This document shows, one piece after another, positions 27,580 through 35,932 of a stretch of DNA of 64,000 nt. Every line of letters starts with the position of its first letter. Position 1 is the first letter of the stretch. Location: NCBI GenBank assembly GCA_944326355.1, contig CALVDO010000006.1:16163-80162 (forward strand), given 5' to 3'. The notes beneath the pieces are model-generated. The model did no database searches, was not told where the DNA came from, and saw only the letters and a program-made list of their open reading frames with translations. The position numbers and the translations under genes are program-made. This stretch comes from an uncultured Bacteroidales bacterium. Its GTDB lineage: Bacteria; Bacteroidota; Bacteroidia; Bacteroidales; UBA932.

Positions 27580-28800
27580 TCAACAGAATTGAACATCGTC
27601 CAAAAGTTTGAATATTGTCGATTGATGTTCAAGAGCATAGTAAAGCTCCTTCTCTGAGTCAAATTTCATGACAAGTGTGCCGATAGTGTTATTGGCACCT
27701 TTAAATCCATGAATTATGTCACCCTTGTTTACCCACAAATCTGTTTCGACTACATATTCTTTCACTTCATCGTCGACTCTCATTCCCTGGAATATACCTT
27801 CCCCCTCGGAATGAAGGATCAGTTCAGCCCAATAGCCTTTATAAGGTTTCTGCTCAATATGCTGATGCTCATCCCCAACCGCAGCACACACTGCCGCATC
27901 AATCAAATCCGTTCCTGTTGAAAAACGAATCATTTCTGCCAAACGATTTCCGCCGCCACGAGGCGAAACTTCCATTATATATGGCTTTCCGTCAAGGCCA
28001 ATGCGCGTCTCAACATTATATATTGAGGTGCCCATATTGAGAAGGGACAGCAGCCGCTGCAGTTCTGATGTCAATTCCTCTTCCTGAGCATGAGTAAATG
28101 TAGATGGCCAACTGAATGCGGCAGGTGTATAAGGATTCGGTGCCTTGTCATCAAATCTCTGCGCCGAAAAAGAAACATACACCAGCTTCCCGTCCACGGA
28201 AAAGCATTCAGAGTCAGAGGAACAGCCTTGTTTTTCTATAAACTCCTCGACTATCACTCGGCCTGATATGGAATGCTTTTTCGCATATTCAAATGCGGAC
28301 TCAAATCCGTCTGCCGAATCCACTTTCGTCACACCCTTGCTGCCGGCTGAATCCACTGGCTTTACTATGATAGGAAACCTGTATCCGGCAAGATCATTCA
28401 ACGCGTCTTTCGCGTTATCATAGCCTTTTGCTTTCGGAGCATTGAAACCATTGTCTGACAAGAATTTCCTGAACCTGTCCTTGTTCTGCAGTATACATAC
28501 CGACTCATAAGGTCCAGCTTGTGGAAGGCCCAGCTTTTCTTGGACATAAGCAGCTGTAACTACACCCGGGTCAACTGCAAACGACATTATTCCGTCAATC
28601 TTCTTTTCCTTTGCGACGGCCAGTACCGCTTCCTTGTCAACTATGCTCACATTACAATATTCATCTGAATATCTGTGGGCGACATTATCCGGCAGATAAT
28701 CACATGTGATCACATAATAGCCATGTTTATGCGCTGCCTCTATCACAGGAATGAGATACCTCAGACCTCCGAGCAACATAAGTCTCTTCTGCTTCATCAT
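27580..28800 (-). CDS. ATP-grasp domain ligase
   Basis: 406 aa. RLMLLGG, FPIIVKPVDSAGSKGVTKV, YIMEVSPRGGGNR. Confidence 0.75.
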   Translation of the reverse strand: MMKQKRLMLLGGLRYLIPVIEAAHKHGYYVITCDYLPDNVAHRYSDEYCNVSIVDKEAVLAVAKEKKIDGIMSFAVDPGVVTAAYVQEKLGLPQAGPYESVCILQNKDRFRKFLSDNGFNAPKAKGYDNAKDALNDLAGYRFPIIVKPVDSAGSKGVTKVDSADGFESAFEYAKKHSISGRVIVEEFIEKQGCSSDSECFSVDGKLVYVSFSAQRFDDKAPNPYTPAAFSWPSTFTHAQEEELTSELQRLLSLLNMGTSIYNVETRIGLDGKPYIMEVSPRGGGNRLAEMIRFSTGTDLIDAAVCAAVGDEHQHIEQKPYKGYWAELILHSEGEGIFQGMRVDDEVKEYVVETDLWVNKGDIIHGFKGANNTIGTLVMKFDSEKELYYALEHQSTIFKLLDDVQFC

Positions 28801-29906
28801 CTTGCTATCTGCTCAATAATCCTGTCTACATCCTCATCCGTCAGCCCGTAATACATCGGCAGGCAGATGACCTGCTCAGCCTTTTCTGTAGCCACTGGAA
28901 GATTTTCCTTAGTGGCTGATTCAAGGCCCCTATAGGTACTGAAAGTGCTGATCAGAGGGTAGAAGTAGCGGCGGCCGTAAATGTTGTGCCTCTTCATCTC
29001 CTCATAGAGCGCGTCGCGGGACATGCCGTACTGCTCCTCGTCCACGAATATCGGGAAATATGAGTAGTTGTGGGTCACGCCCGGGACATCGTTCATGAAT
29101 GTGATGCCCGGAATGTCCTTCAGAGCCTCACGGTATCTGTCAGCCACATGATGACGCGCCTCGATGGCCTTGTCCACCTGCTTCAGATTGACCAGACCGT
29201 ATGCGGCGCGGACTTCGTCCATCTTGCTGTTGATGCCGGGGGCTACCACCGTCGTCTCTCCTGCAAAGCCGAAGTTCTTGAGATAGTCAATCCGCTTCTT
29301 CGTCTGCTCGTCATGCACCACCAGAGCCCCGCCCTCAACTGTATTGTAGACTTTCGTCGCATGGAAGCTCAGTGTGGACATGTCACCGGCATTCAGTACA
29401 CTTTCTCCGTTTACTTTCACACCGAAGGCATGGGCGGCGTCATAGATGACCTTCAGCCCGTATTTGTCGGCTATCTCCTGAATGCGCACCGTGTCGCACG
29501 GCTGCCCATAGACATGCACCGGCATTATCGCCGTCGTATGTGGAGTTATAGCCGCCTCGATCTTGTCCGGGTCAAGATTGCAGGTGACAGGATCTATGTC
29601 GACGAACACCGGCTTGATGCCGTTCCACCACAGCGAGTGGGTCGTGGCCACGAAGCTGAACGGAGTCGTTATCACCTCTCCGGTGATGCGCAGCGCCTGA
29701 AGCGCCGTTATCAGAGGCAGCGTGCCGTTGGTGAAGAGGCTGATGTAAGGCACTCCGAGATAGCCGCACAGCGCCTGTTCGAGCTCCTTGTGATAATATC
29801 CGTTGTTGGTCAGCCACTTCCTGCTCCAGATATCCTGCAGATAGACGTTCAGCTCGTCCAGAGAGGGCATCAGCGGCGATGTCACCGTTATCTTCTTCTC
29901 TTCCAT
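28797..29906 (-). CDS. DegT/DnrJ/EryC1/StrS family sugar aminotransferase
   Basis: 369 aa. NGTLPLITALQAL, IYDAAHAFG, STLSFHATKVYNTVEGGALV (PLP Lys) and CLPMYYGLTDEDVDRI. Confidence 0.9.
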   Translation of the reverse strand: MEEKKITVTSPLMPSLDELNVYLQDIWSRKWLTNNGYYHKELEQALCGYLGVPYISLFTNGTLPLITALQALRITGEVITTPFSFVATTHSLWWNGIKPVFVDIDPVTCNLDPDKIEAAITPHTTAIMPVHVYGQPCDTVRIQEIADKYGLKVIYDAAHAFGVKVNGESVLNAGDMSTLSFHATKVYNTVEGGALVVHDEQTKKRIDYLKNFGFAGETTVVAPGINSKMDEVRAAYGLVNLKQVDKAIEARHHVADRYREALKDIPGITFMNDVPGVTHNYSYFPIFVDEEQYGMSRDALYEEMKRHNIYGRRYFYPLISTFSTYRGLESATKENLPVATEKAEQVICLPMYYGLTDEDVDRIIEQIAR

Positions 29907-29910
29907 TTCT

Positions 29911-31362
29911 TTATTTGTCTTTGCGTCGGCGCAGAAGCGCGATCATCTCATCCAGTTCCTCAAACCGCATCAGTCTGGCCCCTACGAGGTAATAAACAGC
30001 TCCGACCGCCACACCTACCGTCAGCTGAAGCCAAAGCGAAGGAAGGACATGCACGATGATGAGCACGATGGCCCACATCACAAGAGTGTGCGCGAGAATC
30101 GGAAGCAGATCCTTCATCTGAGCGCCTATTCCGTAGCCTATCAGCCTGCGCGTGTAGTATGTGTTGTATATCAGACACAGCAGAGAGGACACTATCTTGC
30201 CGTAGCACATGGCCACAAGCCCGAGAGGAATCGTGATGCACAGCACGATCACGCCCTGTATCTTCTTTATCACCTCCAGCTTCAGAAAGAAGTCCGAACG
30301 CCCCTCGACCTGCAGAAGGTTGAGGTTGATGGCATGGACGGGGTACCACATCATTGCAAAGCAGATGATCTGCAGCAGGTAGATCGCCCCTTCCCATTTG
30401 TCAGTCAGGACGATTCTGATGAGCGGGTCTGCCACCGCCGAAAGCCCCGTCATGAGAGGGAAGACGATGAACGCCGCCATCTTGAGGACTCTTCGGTACG
30501 CTCCGGCAAGACGCTCCGGCTCGTTCTGGATGGAGCTCAGGACCGGAAAAGTGACACCCTGCAGCACACCCGTGATGTTTGACGAAGGGTACTGCGCCAG
30601 GCTGTCCGCCCGGGAATACACTCCCAGCGCCGAAGATGAGAAGAACTTTCCGATCACAAGCGTATATAAGTTATTATAAGCGGTGTCAAGCAGCGCGGAG
30701 GCGAGCATTTTGGAGCCGAACGAGAACATCTCCCTAAATGACTTCATCGAGAACACCAGCTGAGGCATCCAGCGGACGAAAATCCACAGCAGCACGGTCC
30801 GAAGGAAGGAAGAAGTCACCGCCTGCACGGCCAGAGCCCACACTCCGTATCCGGCGTATGCCATCCATAGGCCGACAGCTCCAGTCACCAGAGCGACTAT
30901 TATCGAGATGATGGCCTTTGTCCTGAAGTCTATCTCTATGGCCAGCCTGGTGCCGTGGACGCCCGAAAGCGAGCCGAACACCAGAGTCAGCGAGATCACC
31001 CGCGTGATGTCCTTCAGCAGCGGGATATCGTAGAACGAGGCTATAAGAGGTGACGTCAGCCACAGTATGCAGTAGAAGGCCAGCGCTACGGCGATGTTGA
31101 AATAGAACACCGTGCTGCAGTCCGTCTCCGTCCTGTCCGGCTTGCGTATCAGCGCCGTGCCGAATCCGCTGTCGATGAAGGTCTGCGAGATTGCCAGAAA
31201 GATGTTCAGCATCGCCACCGTACCATAGTCGGACGGCAGCAGTATCCTCGCTATAAGAATACTGAAGATGAACTGTATGCCTTGCGAAGAAAATCTGTCG
31301 ATGGAACTCCATACGACTCCGTTGAATGTCTTTTCCTTAAGCGACATTCTAAAGGACTTCAA
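29911..31362 (-). CDS. wzx: Wzx-type oligosaccharide flippase (MOP superfamily polysaccharide biosynthesis protein)
   Basis: 483 aa with about 12-14 TM segments. The N-terminus NGVVWSSIDRFSSQGIQFIFSILIARILLPSDYG is typical of this family. Confidence 0.85.
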   Translation of the reverse strand: MKSFRMSLKEKTFNGVVWSSIDRFSSQGIQFIFSILIARILLPSDYGTVAMLNIFLAISQTFIDSGFGTALIRKPDRTETDCSTVFYFNIAVALAFYCILWLTSPLIASFYDIPLLKDITRVISLTLVFGSLSGVHGTRLAIEIDFRTKAIISIIVALVTGAVGLWMAYAGYGVWALAVQAVTSSFLRTVLLWIFVRWMPQLVFSMKSFREMFSFGSKMLASALLDTAYNNLYTLVIGKFFSSSALGVYSRADSLAQYPSSNITGVLQGVTFPVLSSIQNEPERLAGAYRRVLKMAAFIVFPLMTGLSAVADPLIRIVLTDKWEGAIYLLQIICFAMMWYPVHAINLNLLQVEGRSDFFLKLEVIKKIQGVIVLCITIPLGLVAMCYGKIVSSLLCLIYNTYYTRRLIGYGIGAQMKDLLPILAHTLVMWAIVLIIVHVLPSLWLQLTVGVAVGAVYYLVGARLMRFEELDEMIALLRRRKDK

Positions 31363-31882
31363 TCAGCTCGGGGCTGATGGTGGCGAGGGCCACGGCGACT
31401 ACTCCTTCGATGGAGATGACGACCCTGCGGTCGCGTGCGCCTTTCACCTTAAGGAAGATGCCCTCATAGCCTTCGAAATCTCCGCCGGTGACCCGGACTC
31501 TCGTGCCCTTGGCAAGATTGAGTTCATCTCCTCCGAAATACAGCAGGTTCTCATTGCCAATACTTGTGACGGCAATGAACAGCCGCATCTGGTCGTCAGG
31601 CACGATTATCTTCTCGCCTGTGCGCCTGTTGGTCATGTACTGAAAATATGGAAGAGGGGTCTTGACACGCTGAATCTCGCTGAGAGTGGTGCGGACAAAC
31701 ACTATCCCGCGCACGACCGGCACTGTCTCCTTGACCCGCCGAGACCGCCTCAGACGGATAGTCTGACGCACTGGGATATAATTTTCAATGCCTTCCCCGT
31801 CAAGAATTTCCTTTATCTTGAATTCACGTCTATAAGTCACGCGCATCGCAAACCAGGACAAAGTCTCTACCACAGCATTCAT
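31349..31882 (-). CDS. UpxY-family (NusG-like) capsule operon transcription antiterminator
   Basis: 177 aa. WFAMRVTYRREFKIKE..., VPVVRGIVFV, and a KOW-like GTRVRVTGGDFEGYEGIF. It is the first gene of the locus. Confidence 0.85.
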   Translation of the reverse strand: MNAVVETLSWFAMRVTYRREFKIKEILDGEGIENYIPVRQTIRLRRSRRVKETVPVVRGIVFVRTTLSEIQRVKTPLPYFQYMTNRRTGEKIIVPDDQMRLFIAVTSIGNENLLYFGGDELNLAKGTRVRVTGGDFEGYEGIFLKVKGARDRRVVISIEGVVAVALATISPELIEVL

Positions 31883-32035
31883 CGGTCTTCATTCTAGTTG
31901 TCCACTTATGCCAAAACATGACTCGGGGGCTACTATACTCGCACATCATCCTGTCTGACAACGACTTACAGAAACCGATGACATGTTCAAATATAATATG
32001 AAACATTTATTTGCCTCCGTCTTACCAAGTCGTTG

Positions 32036-32066
32036 CAAAAATAAGCATAAAAAAGCAATCCACAAA
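32036..32066 (-). promoter_or_regulatory. candidate Bacteroides-type sigma-A promoter of the capsule operon
   Basis: On the minus strand there is TATTTTTG (plus-strand caaaaata, 32036..32043), which fits the -7 consensus TAnnTTTG. A TTTG (32063..32066) lies 19 nt upstream, matching the published 19-21 nt spacing. This would give a ~150-nt leader before upxY. Confidence 0.4.
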
Positions 32067-32198
32067 ATTCCAATCTGTTCGCAATCAGCGACAAAAGTTA
32101 TAAATCATTATGGAAATCCCCCCCCCAGCACCCCTCTGAAGCCTTTTTCCCGGGGAGAGAGAGCCGATGATTTTTTTTAAAATAATTTTTTGCAGAAA

Positions 32199-32253
32199 AG
32201 TCCGGACGGTCATTTCCCCGTGCGCATGAAGTCGGGAAAATGACAGCCGGACT
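32199..32253 (-). terminator. large imperfect hairpin downstream of the GH3 gene (possible terminator of the PUL operon)
   Basis: agtccggacggtcatttccccg (32199..32220) pairs with cgggaaaatgacagccggact (32233..32253). The stem is about 19 bp with one internal bulge and a 12-nt loop. On the minus strand only a short CTTTTC follows, so the U-tract is weak. Confidence 0.35.
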
Positions 32254-32260
32254 CTTTATC

Positions 32261-32320
32261 GGACAGCCTCTGTCGGACAGCCTCTGTCGGACAGCCTCTG
32301 TCGGACAGCCTCTGTCGGAC
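32261..32320. repeat. 14-nt tandem repeat, 4.3 copies, each unit internally palindromic
   Basis: ggacagcctctgtc occurs at 32261, 32275, 32289 and 32303, followed by a partial ggac. All four copies are perfect. Each unit contains GACAG-cct-CTGTC. Confidence 0.9.
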
Positions 32321-32344
32321 TGGCAGACATGGACAGCGGAAGTC

Positions 32345-34600
32345 TCAGCGGATGACGCGGAAATTGACAGACTCTCCAGAAGCACTGTCGCCCGCCACCC
32401 AGAGGCTGAACTCTCCTGGCTCGACTTTCTTTTTCATGTCAAGGCCCACGAAGGCAAGCTCGGACACAGGCAGTTCAAACACCTGCTCGGAACTTTCGCC
32501 GGGAGCAAGAGTAACACGCCTGAATCCCTTGAGTTCCTTGACAGGGCGGGTGACAGATCCCACGAGATCCCTGACATACAGTTGCGCCACCTCCGTAGCC
32601 TCAGCCTTGCCCTTGTTGGTGAGGGTAAAGGACACCCGGATGACGTCTCCGTCTGAATATTCCTGTCTGTCAAGCGTCGGAAGCGAGTATTCGAAAGCCG
32701 AATATGTCAGACCGTAACCGAACGGATACAGCGGATTGAATCCGGCGTCAAGCATATACGAAGTGTTGCCGAGAGAAGTCTGGGCGGCTTCGAGCGGTAT
32801 GTCGTAGAGCATGGTCTCGTCGCCGCGGAACGGTCTTCCGGTATTGTTGTGGCTATAGTAGCACGGGACCTGTCCGGATGCCGCAGGGAATGTGGACGGA
32901 AGCCTGCCGCTCGGCGACGCCTTGCCGCTGAGCAGGTCAGCTATTGCAGGTCCTCCCATAGTGCCGGGATGGAAAGAGAAGAGAATGGCATCCGCTATCT
33001 CCGACTCCATGTCCAGGACAAGTGGTCTGCCGGCCATTATGTTGAGTACGAGAGGCTTCCCTGATGCGGCGAGGGCTTCGATCATCTCTCGCTGTCCGCC
33101 TTTGAGGGTGATGTCCGCAAGGCAGTGCGCCTCACCAGACATTATGGCCTCCTCTCCCATAAACGCCAGAATCACGTCTGCGCGACGGGCGGCTTCCGCA
33201 GCCCTCGCAACGCCTCGGGAATTAAATTCACGACAATATGAGAGTCCCGGTTCATAGATCACCTCCACATCGTCGCCCCAGCTCTCTCTGATGGCGTCAA
33301 GAGGAGTGATGGTATGCTCTTTCTGGCCGTCAAAAGTCCATGTGCCCATCTGGTCGTGCGGAGCGTCCGCCATCGGCCCGGTCACGAGAACACGACGGAT
33401 CTTCGACCTGTCGAGCGGCAGGACTCCGTTGTTCTTGAGCAGGACGGCGCTTTCAAGGGCTGTCCTGTATGCCGCAGTCATCACGGAATCGTTGTACTGC
33501 ACCTCAAGAGCCTTTCCGACATCCACATACGGATTGTCGAAGAGACCGAGGCGGAACTTGACTCTCAGGATATTGCGCACAGCGGAATCGATGTCCGACT
33601 CCTTCACCTCACCTCTTTTCACGAGGTCTTCGAGATAAGCGGAATATACATTGGACATCATGTCCATGTCGACCCCGGCATTCATCGCCAGAGATGCCGC
33701 ATGACGGCCGTCAGAGGCGAAGCCGTGCGGGATCATCTCGGCTGCGGAAGCCCAGTCGGTCACAACGAAGCCGTCGAAACCCCATTCTCCTCTGAGGACA
33801 TCCTTGAGCAGCTCGGCATTCCCTGTTCCCGGTACTCCGTCATTGTCGTTGAAAGAGGTCATCAGTGTAAGGGCCCCGGCCTTGACGGCGGTCTCGAACG
33901 GAGGCAGATAGACATTTCTCATGGCTCTCGGAGGAATCCATGTGGAATTGTAGTCACGTCCTGATTCTGCTGCGCCGTAGCCCACAAAATGCTTGGCGCA
34001 GGCAGCAAGGGAGGTGGAATCGCTCAAATCGCCCTGATACCCTCTCACCATCGCCGCGCCCATGACGGCATTAAGATAGGTGTCCTCACCGGAACTCTCC
34101 GCGATTCTGCCCCAGCGTGCGTCTCTGGAGACGTCAAGCATCGGTGAGAAAGTCCAGCGGATGCCGCTTGCAGTCACTTCCTCAGCCGTAAGCCGGGCTC
34201 CACGCTCGACGAGCTCCGGGTCGAAGGTGGCGGCCATCCCGAGCGGAATCGGGAAGACGGTCCTGTAGCCGTGGATGACGTCGCGGGCCACGAGAAGTGG
34301 GATGCCGAGCCGGCTCTCTTCCACCGCGATGCGCTGATATTCATTGATGACAGCGGGATCGGTCTCGTTGAGGATGGAGCCCGTCGCACCTCTACGTATG
34401 TCATCAGCCACCTTCTGAGAGAATCCGCTGACGGACAACTGGTTCATCTGTCCAATCTTCTCCCGGAGAGTCATCTGCGAAAGCAGCTCGTCAATCCGCG
34501 CTTCCGTCTCATCCTCCTGACCGCAAGAAACGGCCATGAAAGCCAAAGCAGGAAGAGCAAGGCATGACAATATTGTGTTTCTGATTCTTTTCATATTCAT
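32345..34600 (-). CDS. bglX: GH3 beta-glucosidase (periplasmic, BglX-like)
   Basis: ORF 32345..34738. The ATG at 34600 gives MNMKRIRNTILSCLALPALAFMAVSC. Motifs seen are KIGQMNQ, KHFVGYGAAESGRDYN and GFVVTDWASA (nucleophile Asp region). A C-terminal FnIII-like domain is present. Confidence 0.9.
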   Translation of the reverse strand: MNMKRIRNTILSCLALPALAFMAVSCGQEDETEARIDELLSQMTLREKIGQMNQLSVSGFSQKVADDIRRGATGSILNETDPAVINEYQRIAVEESRLGIPLLVARDVIHGYRTVFPIPLGMAATFDPELVERGARLTAEEVTASGIRWTFSPMLDVSRDARWGRIAESSGEDTYLNAVMGAAMVRGYQGDLSDSTSLAACAKHFVGYGAAESGRDYNSTWIPPRAMRNVYLPPFETAVKAGALTLMTSFNDNDGVPGTGNAELLKDVLRGEWGFDGFVVTDWASAAEMIPHGFASDGRHAASLAMNAGVDMDMMSNVYSAYLEDLVKRGEVKESDIDSAVRNILRVKFRLGLFDNPYVDVGKALEVQYNDSVMTAAYRTALESAVLLKNNGVLPLDRSKIRRVLVTGPMADAPHDQMGTWTFDGQKEHTITPLDAIRESWGDDVEVIYEPGLSYCREFNSRGVARAAEAARRADVILAFMGEEAIMSGEAHCLADITLKGGQREMIEALAASGKPLVLNIMAGRPLVLDMESEIADAILFSFHPGTMGGPAIADLLSGKASPSGRLPSTFPAASGQVPCYYSHNNTGRPFRGDETMLYDIPLEAAQTSLGNTSYMLDAGFNPLYPFGYGLTYSAFEYSLPTLDRQEYSDGDVIRVSFTLTNKGKAEATEVAQLYVRDLVGSVTRPVKELKGFRRVTLAPGESSEQVFELPVSELAFVGLDMKKKVEPGEFSLWVAGDSASGESVNFRVIR

Positions 34601-34629
34601 CCGTTTTACTGATTCTTCACTGCCGTGGG

Positions 34630-35922
34630 TCAATCTATCAGCAGCCAGTTGAGACACACTCCTGACGAGCCAGTCCCGGCCACGCTGACCGTAGAGCGGC
34701 CTGCCGGAAGCTCTATCTGCGCCGTCACTGTACGCCATTCGTTTCCGGTGTTCTCAAGGTCAAGAGTACAGACACCTTCTGAAGTCGAGATCTCAACGGA
34801 AGAGTCTGCAAACGACGAGTATCTCAGCTGGAGCCCGAAACTGCCGGCCGAAGCCGCCTCGACCTGATAAGTAAGGCTGTTGCCCGTTCTCAGGTTGTAG
34901 ACCTCCAGAATGCCGGAGACATCCGTGACCGGCCTGAGATGAATGCTGCCGGAAGCCGAGCGATAGTGTTCGGCGGGGATGACAGTTCCTGTCTCATAAT
35001 ACAGGGAGGCGTCCTGAGTGGACATATTTACAAAGACAGCCCCCAGATCGGTAAGCTCTATCGGGACACGGCTCGTAAGCAGCGAATTGTGAACTTCCGA
35101 CTCTCCGTTTCCTCTCGGTATGAACCATGCATAGCGGAACACGTCTTCGTCAGCCTCCAGAAGGTTGATCGCCTCGACCATATACTCCATCTGGGATACG
35201 GCGGATATATTGTTCCTGTCCCATGCACAGAATTCGGTCAGCCACAGAGGTTTGCCATATTTCTTGAATCCGTCCAGATAGGACTTCAGGGCAGACGCGC
35301 TGCCCATATAGCAGTGGACGGCGATTCCGTCCACGTCGTCGACCGACACTCCGGGCTGCGCAAAAAACTCGTCAAGCCACAGATAAGGATCACCGTAGCC
35401 CTCGAGCGTGCCGTAGTTCATAGCCGGAGAGATGAGCCCCATGCCGAGCTCTTCGGCCAAGGCCTTCACTTCAGGCCAGTACTCTGCGGCCTGGGAAGGC
35501 GTCATGTTGGCCTGGTCGGTGAGGTTGGGCTCGTTGAACGCGAGAATATATTTCGCGTCGGGATGCGTACGGCAGAACGTCCTGATGTTTTCCGGGTCGT
35601 ATGAGCCGTTCCATATCATCGGACAGAACTCGATGCCATACTGCTCCATGTACGAATCCACGGTCTCTGACGGAACTACGGACGACCAGTCATAATACCA
35701 TGATACGGCATCGCCGAGCAGAGGGAAATCATAGTCGGCGAGCTGGGCAAAATTGAAACTCACTCCCCTCTTCGGACTCTTGGCCTGAAGAGTCTCGTAT
35801 TCAACGATTTCATCGGCCGGATCACTATCCCCGCCCCCGTCCGGACCCTCCTTCTGACACGAGGCGGAGAGTAGCGGAAGCATGGATACGACAAGGCCGA
35901 CGACAAATCCGCCGGCCCTCAT
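34630..35922 (-). CDS. clan GH-A endo-beta-1,3-glucanase-like lipoprotein (Glyco_hydro_cc; GH128/GH158-like) with a C-terminal beta-sandwich domain
   Basis: The start at 35922 gives MRAGGFVVGLVVSMLPLLSASC. KRGVSFNF, YYDWS, ILAFNEPNL (acid/base Glu) and LWLTEFCAW (nucleophile Glu) are seen. The C-terminal ~110 aa look CBM-like. I cannot decide the family number by eye. Confidence 0.6.
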   Translation of the reverse strand: MRAGGFVVGLVVSMLPLLSASCQKEGPDGGGDSDPADEIVEYETLQAKSPKRGVSFNFAQLADYDFPLLGDAVSWYYDWSSVVPSETVDSYMEQYGIEFCPMIWNGSYDPENIRTFCRTHPDAKYILAFNEPNLTDQANMTPSQAAEYWPEVKALAEELGMGLISPAMNYGTLEGYGDPYLWLDEFFAQPGVSVDDVDGIAVHCYMGSASALKSYLDGFKKYGKPLWLTEFCAWDRNNISAVSQMEYMVEAINLLEADEDVFRYAWFIPRGNGESEVHNSLLTSRVPIELTDLGAVFVNMSTQDASLYYETGTVIPAEHYRSASGSIHLRPVTDVSGILEVYNLRTGNSLTYQVEAASAGSFGLQLRYSSFADSSVEISTSEGVCTLDLENTGNEWRTVTAQIELPAGRSTVSVAGTGSSGVCLNWLLID

Positions 35923-35932
35923 TCTGACGGGT

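Noticed and set aside
31959-32035. Invertible (fin-type) promoter flanked by inverted repeats upstream of upxY
   Set aside because: The only inverted repeat I found is 9 nt (caacgactt at about 31959 and aagtcgttg at about 32027). It lies within the leader and does not bracket the predicted -7/-33 boxes. No serine or tyrosine invertase gene is adjacent.
32261-32320. Possible CRISPR array
   Set aside because: The 14-nt units are directly adjacent with no spacers. The period is far too short, and no cas genes are in the window.
32098-32385. 95-aa minus-strand ORF with repeated SDRGCP motifs
   Set aside because: The repeats are simply the translation of the 14-nt tandem repeat. The ORF spans an intergenic region and overlaps the GH3 stop.
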